The notes under the pieces: model-generated
Seen by the model: the letters and a program-made list of their open reading frames with translations, nothing else
Databases searched by the model: none
Told to the model about the DNA's origin: nothing
Shown here: positions 54,371 through 62,215 of the stretch, piece after piece
Numbering within the stretch: position 1 is the stretch's first letter
Layout of the letters: every line of letters begins with the position of its first letter
Program-made: the position numbers and the translations under genes
Assembly: GCA_002699085.1 (NCBI GenBank)
Contig: PAAR01000004.1
Span: 14,839 to 78,838 of the forward strand
Reading direction: 5' to 3'
Source: Micavibrio sp.
Lineage (GTDB): Bacteria > Pseudomonadota > Alphaproteobacteria > Micavibrionales > UBA9664
Length of the DNA stretch: 64,000 bases

Positions 54371-57300
54371 TCAAGTTTCGGTTTGTAGAGCTTCTCTTAA
54401 CTCGGTCTGACGACGTTGTTGATATGTTAATGTATCTTCAAATTCATCGTATAAATCTCGATAAGCAGCCGTTTCAGTATCGTTTTGAGCGTTTGATTCG
54501 TTGTTATTAGCAGTCTTTTGATCGTTCTCTGCACTCATTTCTTTAAGAGCACTTAGGATATCACGGACAGTTTTGCCTTGTGGCAGTGTATGAACCTCAG
54601 TGCTTTCATTATTCGGTGTATTGTTTTCCGTCGTTTCATCTGATTGTGTCGTCAAATTTGAGTTAAAGACAACAAAATTAGAACGGTTATCTAGCATGTT
54701 TTGCATCTCAAATGTCGTATTGGCACGGATAATTTGTCCAATTCCATCTGAGCCGTAGAATGCATTTATTTGATCTGAAGCGTTACCCGTAATAAAGCTT
54801 TGAATAAGACCGTTTGAGCTGTAGTCACGATCTTCTTCTATTTTATGACCTAAATAGCCGTCTCTTGAACTATTCGGTCTATCTTGGGGAATTGTGTTTA
54901 GTGTTAGCTCGCTTGCATCTTCGATATCAATAACAAAAACCTTGTCAAAAGTACCGCCATTACCGTCATCAGTGCGGATTGTTACGCTGTGCTGCGTGGC
55001 AGTTTCGTAGTCAGCCTCTGCATTAAGCAATAATTTATTACCACTGATGAGGAACATATTATCTGGGTCAGATATGATGGTGTAAGTGAAGCTATCACTT
55101 GGTACATCAACATCATTCGTGCCTAATGTGGCAATAACATCACCAATTTCGCCCAGTTCTGAAATGCTTGTGGCGTCTGCGGTAATATCTGTTGGTGCAT
55201 CGTTTACATTAATACGAGATAGAGCAAAACTCGCAGTAGCTGCGACAGCGCCATTTTCGCCGCCATCAGCAAGTGATATATCAAAGCTACCGTCCATTTC
55301 AGAACCATCATGGATGAAATCTACACGGTTATTGTTAATGTCGTCTTGCGTGAAGGTGTTTTGTGCGACACCGCTTACTTCTATTGTGCCGTGGCTCAAA
55401 TTAGAGGCCGTGTAAGTGACATCTGTGGCTATGTCATCGCTATCGGCCATATTAAGCATGGTTGATGTAATCGTTTTTGTTCCGCCTTCAAGCACTGTTG
55501 TTCCAGTGTTTACTGTAATAGTAGGGGCATCATTGATGGGGTCTACAACCATATCAAAACGCCCTGTGCTTGCCACGACACTGTCTTCGCCGCCATCTAT
55601 GACGGATATATCAAAGCCTGCAGAAGATGTTTCTGAGCCATCATGTAAGAAGCTTACCAAGCCTGCATTAAGATCTGTTTGTGTGAAAGTGTTTTGCGTG
55701 ACGCCATTTACTTGAAGTACGCCATTTGAAAGGTTACTTGCTGTGAATGTAAGACCTGCATCAGAATCGTCATCATCCGATACATTGAGTTTTGCAGGAT
55801 CAATAACGACAGATTGCCCTTCATTAACTCTTAATTCGGCATTATTTTCAAATAAAACAAGATTTCTAAAGGAGGCGTCATTGGCGGCACTCGCATCATC
55901 ATCCGCAAAGAATGTCATATAGTTGAAATTGCCAGTAAAGAATGTACCGACTGCAATATCGTAGTGCACCCAGCCATCGCCAACATTATAGGTGTTAAAT
56001 GTTTTATTGGTCGGGGCGTAGCTTAGTTGGTCGCCCAAGAACTGGAAGGCAGATTGAATAGTACCGTCATTATCAACGTCAAAACCAAGACCTTGTACTT
56101 CACCTTCATCCGTTGCCAAGAAATCAAAGCTAAGGATTGTATCTGCTGTTATTGTGTAAGGTAGGTTAATCTTTTTCCAAGGATTACCGTTTAGTGTAAG
56201 TGTGTAGCCGTCTGGACTAATAGTCGCTGTACCAGAATCCTGACCACCCCAATAACCACTGACTGTGTAATCATTAAAGTTTACGCCGACTGTATTACCA
56301 TTTGAAATAATAAGATTTGGTGCGTCATTCACAGGCGTTACTGTAATAGCGAAAGAGTCTGTATCAGCAGAAACACTATTCTCGCCGCCATCGGCTAATG
56401 AGAGATCAAAGCCTGCCGAGGTTGTTTCAGAACCGTCATGGATGAAGACCACACGGTTATTGTTGATATCATCTTGCGTGAAAGTATTTTGTGCTACGCC
56501 ACTGACTTCGATCACACCGTTTGATAGGTTTGAGGCTGTATACGTGACATCGGTGTCAGCATCATCAACATCAGACATATCGAGCATAGCACTGGTAATT
56601 GTTTGGCTCGCCCCTTCATTTATTGTAACGCCTGTATTCACTGTAATGCTTGGCGCTTCGTTAATTGGTGTGACAGTAATGGCAAAAGAGCCAGTATCAG
56701 CAGCGGCACTATTCTCACCACCATCGGCTAATGAAATATCAAAGCCTGCCGAGGTTGTTTCAGAACCGTCATGGATGAACACCACACGGTTATTGTTGAT
56801 ATCATCTTGCGTGAAGGTGTTCTGCGCTACGCCACTGACTTCGATCACACCGTTTGATAGGTTTGATGCTGTATAAGTGACATCGGTGTCAGCATCATCA
56901 ACATCAGACATATCGAGTATGCTGCTTGTGATTGTAACACTTGCTGCCTCATCAATTGTTACACCTGTATTTGTAATAATAGTCGGTGCTTCATTGACTG
57001 GTGTGACAGTAATGGCGAAAGAGCCTGTGTCCGCCGCTGCGCTATCCTCGCCACCATCGGCTAATGAGAGATCAAAGCCAGCTGAAATGGTTTCACTATC
57101 ATCATGGATAAACACAACACGGTTATTGTTGATATCATCTTGCGTGAAGGTGTTCTGCGCTACGCCACTGACTTCAATTATACCATTAGACAGGTTTGAT
57201 GCTGTGTAGGTGACGTCTGTTGCGGCATCGTCAGCATCTGTGAGATTAAGCATTGCTGATGTTACAGTGAGGCTCGCCCCTTCATTCATCGTAGCGCCTG

Positions 57301-60300
57301 TGTTCGTCGTTATAACGGGGGCATCATTAATCGGTGTGATACTCATCGCAAAATTGCCTGTTGCAGGGGTGGAACTGTCTTCACCACCATCAGCAACTTG
57401 GATATCAAAATTAGCACCTAATGTTTCAGAGCCGTCGTGAATAAAGCTAACTAGACCCGCATCCAAATCTGCCTGAGTGAAAGTGTTTTGTGTTACACCA
57501 TTTACTTGCAAAATACCATTTGTGAGGTTGGATGCTGTCCATGTAAGGCCTGTACCAAAGTCATCAGGGTCAAATGAATCAAGCATAGCTGTTGTGATAT
57601 TTAAGGTAGCGCCTTCATCTATTGTTTGACCAACATTCGTTGCAATAATGGGGGCATCATTCGTGTTGTCGACAGTTAAATTAAATGTACCTGTCGCCGC
57701 TACTGCACCATTTTCACCACCATCAGCAATGCTGAAGTCAAAATTTGTCCCAAGTAATGGACCGCTATGTCTGAATGCTACACGAGAATTGTCAATATCG
57801 TCTTGGGTAAAGCTGGTTATGGCGACATTTGGATTCGATATAAATTCTAACTGACCATTATTCACATTAGTAATTGTGAATGTTAGACCTGTACCGTTGT
57901 CATCACTGTCGGCAGCGGCTAAGACAGACTTTTTAAGAATAACAATGCTATTTTGGTTAACACTTGAACCAAGATTTGTGCCCACAGTCGGGCTGTCATT
58001 CACATCTATTTTGTTGATGTTAAAGGTAGCTGTATCGGCAGTGGAACCATTTTCACCGCCATCAATTACAGAAATGTCAAAACGTGCATCTGCCTCGTTA
58101 CCGTCATGGCGGAATACAACCCGGTTAGCGACAAGATCGGCTTGTGTGAAGGTGATAATTGGTACATTTGGATTAGTAGATAATTCAACTTGTCCATTAA
58201 CAACGTTAGATAAGGTATAGGTAAGGCCTGTGCCAGAATCATCTGGGTCTGTCACGTTTAATTGAGTTGTTGTAATCGTAACCGTTGATCCCTCAACAAC
58301 ATCAATGCCTGTATTGGTTGTGATAATAGGCGCATCATTCACAGCTGTTTTAGTAAGTGTAAAGGTGGCTGATGCTGTGCCTGCTAGGTCTTCACCGCCA
58401 TCGGCAAGGACAACGTCAAAGCGACCATTGCCTTCATTGCCGTCATGGCGGAATACAACACGGTTATTATTAATGTCGTCTTGAGTAAAGGTGTTTTGCA
58501 CAACGCCATTCACTTCGATTGTACCGTTGAGTAAGTTTGATGCTGTATAGTCTAAATCTGTATCCGCATCATCTTGATCTAAAGAATTAAGCATCGCCGC
58601 AGTGACTACTCTGGTTCCACCTTCTACGACTGTTGTGCCTGTATTGACATTGATTGTTGGTGCATCATTGACGGGTGTAATGTTGATTGAAAATGTTTGT
58701 CCGGAAACTACAGTAGCACCGTCTGTCACCGAGAAAGTGAAGCTGTCCGAGGTGTTTTCTGAACCATTATTCACATAGGTTACAAGTCCATTTTGAATGT
58801 CATCAAGGGTAAAATTATTTATCGCTACAGCTGGGGCAGAGGTCAATGCTAAGAATCCGTTATCTGGTGTATCAGTAACACTTATTATAATGTCTGTAGC
58901 CGCAGTGTCTCCATCCGCAATATTAAGCTCTGTAGTTGTAATTGCTACATTGCCGCCTTCATTTGTTGTGACAGGATTATTGGCTGTGATAGAAAAGGTT
59001 TCACTAAAATTGACAGTGATATCAATTTCATCAAATAGGCCTGCGCCTCCAATTTCGGTGGCACGTATTGTTAGGACATATGTGTCTAAAACAGAAGGAT
59101 CAAGATTAGTGTTGTCTAAAATTGTTATTTCGCCAGTCGAAGTATTTATTTGGAAAATACCATCCGCATTACCAGCTTCGATAGTATAATTAAGAGTATT
59201 GCCAGCATCGGCGTCGGCTGCTTGCACTGAACCAACAGATGTGCCATTGGCAATATCTGAGCCATCTGTATTATTATGGCTCACCGTATAATAACTATTG
59301 TTTAGAACATCATCACGTTCCCATTCGACAACATATCGTCGACTATTACCGTTTGCTTCATCGTACCATTGCCCATTTGTATTCATAATGGCGTAATCAT
59401 TGGCAGTTGTATTAGGTTCTGAACCTGCCCATCTCTCATATGCGCCACCTACGGCTGTACCACCTTGGCTAAATTGTGTGCCAGCCTCAGGCCCAGCAAT
59501 CCATAGCCAGCTACCTTCATTGTCGATGTCAGAGGCTGCTATCCAAATATGATTACCTAAAATGTTGTCTACAAAAGTATTTTCTGCGGCCGAGGTGATC
59601 GTGACGAGATGACCTGCTGCACCATTTAACATGGCAGATTCTGCATTCGCAAGAGCAGTCGTGATGCTGACATTATTGTTATAATAGCGATACCAGTTAC
59701 CTGTGGCTGAACTATATTGAGCATTTTGGTCGATGGCATAAATAATATCTGCATCATTGAAAGAGGGTGCTTCATTGAGATCATTTAAAGTCACTGTGAA
59801 GTTACGCTCAGCATATAAAGGCGAGGCATTATCGTCTGTGGCTCTAACACGAAGTGTGAAACTTGTTTGTGTTTCGTAATCAATAAAATTTGTATCACGT
59901 ACTTGAATAACACCAGTAACGCTATTTATTTTGAAAGCATTATTTGTGTTACCACCGACAATAGAATAACTCAGTGTTTCACCAACTGTATCTGTCGCAC
60001 TTACTGTACCGACAACAGTATTGTTGGCAGAATTTTCATCAATATTAAATGGACCGCCTGCAGCAATAATTGGAGCTTCATTCACATCGATTACATTAAT
60101 TGTGATGGTGTCGGTATCTGATAAAAGCCCCGGGCCATTATCGGTTACTTGAATGGTTAGTGTGTAAGAGGTGGTTGTTTCATAATCGAGGGTTGTATTA
60201 TCAGCAACTGTGATTTGTCCTGTGGCGCTATCAATGGTAAAAATACCATTTCCTGTACCGCCTGTAATAGAATAGGTTAGCACTTGTCCTGCGCCAATTT

Positions 60301-62140
60301 CAGCATCATCGGCATCTAAATAGCCTAAACTATCGCTATTGCTAGCATCTTCGAAAACATCAAATGTTTGAGCAGGTGTAATAACGGGGGCTGTGTTGTT
60401 CGTATCAACGGTAATGTTATATGTACCAGATAGAGTAGTTGTACCGTCTGTGACATCAAAGGTGAAGCTGTCAGAAGGGTCAATGGCACCGCCATGTGTA
60501 TAGGTGACAAGTGCTTGGTCTAAATCTTCTTGTGTAAATGTATCACCTAGGCCGATGAGCACGCCATTTAGGTATAATTCACCATCGGTCGCATCTGTGG
60601 TAATTGTGTAAATAATATTTGTATCCAATGTATCAACATCATTCACGACAAGTTGTGTGTTAATATAGCTTGGTCCTACGGGCATGCGTGTGATGACAAG
60701 ATCGCTGTCAATTGTACCTTGAAAAGTTGAAGGGCCAGAGGCACTACCGTTAAATCCTCCATATGACCCCGCACCCAGCACACCGTATCCAGAATTATTC
60801 GAGCCTACATGGTCGGTTGCTGTATAGCCTGTTAAGGTTGCTTCTGGCGCACGCTCAATATTAAACCAGTCAAAATCATTGGCTTGTTGATAAGACATCC
60901 GCACTTCGTCGGTGACTTGGTCGATTTCAATGACAACGGCATATTGTGTTGATGTAGCTAAAGGCGTAGAGCTTAAACGAGGTGTGCTAGTGGCATTACT
61001 AATATAAAATCCGAGGCTATTATTCGCATCAAGGTAAAGACCTATACCGACGCCCGATCCACCAGATTCAAAAATAACTTGCCCTGGATTACTTGTAGAG
61101 GCGACAGCAGGTGTTGTGAAAATAAGAGAGATTTGACTGCTTTGGTTGTCTAAAGGAGCTTGCATATTGCCGTATTCGCCAACACCAGATCGTCTAAAAA
61201 CTTCTGTGCCAAATTGCCCAGGGCCTTCAACGCCACCAATACTTGTGGTGAAGCTTTGGAACACTGTCGTTCCTGTATTGATATCTATGCTTAGAGGGTC
61301 ATTGACAGGTGTAATACTGATATCAAATGTGTCAGTTGCGGTTGCTGCAGTTCCGTCTGACACAGTAAAATCAAAGCTGTCTGTTGTTGTTTCAGAGCCG
61401 CCATGTATATAAATCACACGGTTATTATTGATATCATCAAGGGTAAAACTTGAAATAGCGACCCCAGCATTAGTGGTAAGTTCTAATTGTCCACGAAGTG
61501 GTGCTGATGTCACAGAAACGACCACATCGCTATCGATATTATCGGGGTCTGTAATGCCTAAAGCTGTAGCATCTATGGTTTGTGTGCCACCTTCATTAAG
61601 GCTTATGCCATTATTGGTAACATCAGGTGCTTCATTTTGCGGTACGATTGTAATAGAAACGCCTTGAGAAAAATAACCATCGAGCGAAAAGTTTAGATTA
61701 TGTGTTGTCGTTGGATTATCGGATGTGTTTTGGTAGGTAACATTTTCGATCAGGCGTTCAATGGCCGCCTTTGTTGTGGTGTTATCAAAGTTAATGATAA
61801 GATCAGTACCATCTTGGCCATCTGAGACGATTGTACCAATTTGTGTACCACCAAAAGTTATATTCGTTCCATCAAAGCCAATTTGTCCAGCTCCCGTCCC
61901 TTCATTACGAATACTTAAATCATCTTGAGCTAGGCCTGTAGAGGTGACGTGGAAGGTTTCGCCGTTAAAATCAAGCGTTGTACCTGTGATTGTTACATCG
62001 CCATCAATCACCGCAGGGGCGGCATTTGAGACATCTTCACCAATAACTGTAGATGTGATAAGGCCTGCCAGTGACGCATCAAACATCATGCGCTTTTCTA
62101 GCTCTAAAATACCTATCTTTTTTCTACGAATACCGACCAT
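54371..62140 (-). CDS. giant (2,589 aa) mosaic repeat adhesin
   Basis: About a dozen ~111-aa modules with the core TFTQDDINNNRVVFIHDGSE...F.(I/L)S(L/V)ADGGE...VNDAP (CSPG/cadherin-like type). Four classical cadherin repeats (…LDYETTTSYTLTIQVTDNG…VIDVNEAP). LamG/ConA-like region ~60680-61135. C-type-lectin-like region ~59320-59720 (HIWIAASDIDNEGSWLWIAGPEAG). CBM-like insert ~55850-56317. Acidic/Gln-rich C-terminus. Confidence 0.8.
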   Translation of the reverse strand: MVGIRRKKIGILELEKRMMFDASLAGLITSTVIGEDVSNAAPAVIDGDVTITGTTLDFNGETFHVTSTGLAQDDLSIRNEGTGAGQIGFDGTNITFGGTQIGTIVSDGQDGTDLIINFDNTTTKAAIERLIENVTYQNTSDNPTTTHNLNFSLDGYFSQGVSITIVPQNEAPDVTNNGISLNEGGTQTIDATALGITDPDNIDSDVVVSVTSAPLRGQLELTTNAGVAISSFTLDDINNNRVIYIHGGSETTTDSFDFTVSDGTAATATDTFDISITPVNDPLSIDINTGTTVFQSFTTSIGGVEGPGQFGTEVFRRSGVGEYGNMQAPLDNQSSQISLIFTTPAVASTSNPGQVIFESGGSGVGIGLYLDANNSLGFYISNATSTPRLSSTPLATSTQYAVVIEIDQVTDEVRMSYQQANDFDWFNIERAPEATLTGYTATDHVGSNNSGYGVLGAGSYGGFNGSASGPSTFQGTIDSDLVITRMPVGPSYINTQLVVNDVDTLDTNIIYTITTDATDGELYLNGVLIGLGDTFTQEDLDQALVTYTHGGAIDPSDSFTFDVTDGTTTLSGTYNITVDTNNTAPVITPAQTFDVFEDASNSDSLGYLDADDAEIGAGQVLTYSITGGTGNGIFTIDSATGQITVADNTTLDYETTTSYTLTIQVTDNGPGLLSDTDTITINVIDVNEAPIIAAGGPFNIDENSANNTVVGTVSATDTVGETLSYSIVGGNTNNAFKINSVTGVIQVRDTNFIDYETQTSFTLRVRATDDNASPLYAERNFTVTLNDLNEAPSFNDADIIYAIDQNAQYSSATGNWYRYYNNNVSITTALANAESAMLNGAAGHLVTITSAAENTFVDNILGNHIWIAASDIDNEGSWLWIAGPEAGTQFSQGGTAVGGAYERWAGSEPNTTANDYAIMNTNGQWYDEANGNSRRYVVEWERDDVLNNSYYTVSHNNTDGSDIANGTSVGSVQAADADAGNTLNYTIEAGNADGIFQINTSTGEITILDNTNLDPSVLDTYVLTIRATEIGGAGLFDEIDITVNFSETFSITANNPVTTNEGGNVAITTTELNIADGDTAATDIIISVTDTPDNGFLALTSAPAVAINNFTLDDIQNGLVTYVNNGSENTSDSFTFSVTDGATVVSGQTFSINITPVNDAPTINVNTGTTVVEGGTRVVTAAMLNSLDQDDADTDLDYTASNLLNGTIEVNGVVQNTFTQDDINNNRVVFRHDGNEGNGRFDVVLADGGEDLAGTASATFTLTKTAVNDAPIITTNTGIDVVEGSTVTITTTQLNVTDPDDSGTGLTYTLSNVVNGQVELSTNPNVPIITFTQADLVANRVVFRHDGNEADARFDISVIDGGENGSTADTATFNINKIDVNDSPTVGTNLGSSVNQNSIVILKKSVLAAADSDDNGTGLTFTITNVNNGQLEFISNPNVAITSFTQDDIDNSRVAFRHSGPLLGTNFDFSIADGGENGAVAATGTFNLTVDNTNDAPIIATNVGQTIDEGATLNITTAMLDSFDPDDFGTGLTWTASNLTNGILQVNGVTQNTFTQADLDAGLVSFIHDGSETLGANFDIQVADGGEDSSTPATGNFAMSITPINDAPVITTNTGATMNEGASLTVTSAMLNLTDADDAATDVTYTASNLSNGIIEVSGVAQNTFTQDDINNNRVVFIHDDSETISAGFDLSLADGGEDSAAADTGSFAITVTPVNEAPTIITNTGVTIDEAASVTITSSILDMSDVDDADTDVTYTASNLSNGVIEVSGVAQNTFTQDDINNNRVVFIHDGSETTSAGFDISLADGGENSAAADTGSFAITVTPINEAPSITVNTGVTINEGASQTITSAMLDMSDVDDADTDVTYTASNLSNGVIEVSGVAQNTFTQDDINNNRVVFIHDGSETTSAGFDLSLADGGENSVSADTDSFAITVTPVNDAPNLIISNGNTVGVNFNDYTVSGYWGGQDSGTATISPDGYTLTLNGNPWKKINLPYTITADTILSFDFLATDEGEVQGLGFDVDNDGTIQSAFQFLGDQLSYAPTNKTFNTYNVGDGWVHYDIAVGTFFTGNFNYMTFFADDDASAANDASFRNLVLFENNAELRVNEGQSVVIDPAKLNVSDDDDSDAGLTFTASNLSNGVLQVNGVTQNTFTQTDLNAGLVSFLHDGSETSSAGFDISVIDGGEDSVVASTGRFDMVVDPINDAPTITVNTGTTVLEGGTKTITSTMLNMADSDDIATDVTYTASNLSHGTIEVSGVAQNTFTQDDINNNRVDFIHDGSEMDGSFDISLADGGENGAVAATASFALSRINVNDAPTDITADATSISELGEIGDVIATLGTNDVDVPSDSFTYTIISDPDNMFLISGNKLLLNAEADYETATQHSVTIRTDDGNGGTFDKVFVIDIEDASELTLNTIPQDRPNSSRDGYLGHKIEEDRDYSSNGLIQSFITGNASDQINAFYGSDGIGQIIRANTTFEMQNMLDNRSNFVVFNSNLTTQSDETTENNTPNNESTEVHTLPQGKTVRDILSALKEMSAENDQKTANNNESNAQNDTETAAYRDLYDEFEDTLTYQQRRQTELREALQTET
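56318..57316 (-). repeat. three consecutive 333-bp in-frame tandem repeat units (adhesin modules 6-8)
   Basis: Unit boundaries at 56318/56651/56984/57316, mapped from the (V/I)N(D/E)AP junctions. The exact 41-nt string GTGACATCGGTGTCAGCATCATCAACATCAGACATATCGAG occurs at 56544-56584 and 56877-56917. Modules 7 and 8 share a 60-residue identical stretch. Confidence 0.85.
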
Positions 62141-62215
62141 TAAATAAAAATTACCTTAAATTATCACTACCTCTTTAATTTTACGTCTAAAACCTTAACA
62201 ACTCCTGAAATTTTG

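Noticed and set aside
55190-59010. Regularly spaced repeats that could superficially suggest a CRISPR-like or satellite array.
   Set aside because: The period is 333 bp, the repeats are in frame and entirely coding (111-aa protein modules). There is no short repeat/unique spacer alternation and no cas genes.
55086-61667. A chain of plus-strand ORFs (55086-55415, 55416-55715, 56442-56876, 56877-57209, 57210-57440, 57876-58220, 58797-59189 and others) that repeat with the same period as the adhesin modules.
   Set aside because: They are the antisense reading of the adhesin repeats, so they repeat and begin with M(T/K)S(V/T)... each unit. They have no SD sequences, and the minus-strand frame is open for 7.8 kb with clear domain structure.
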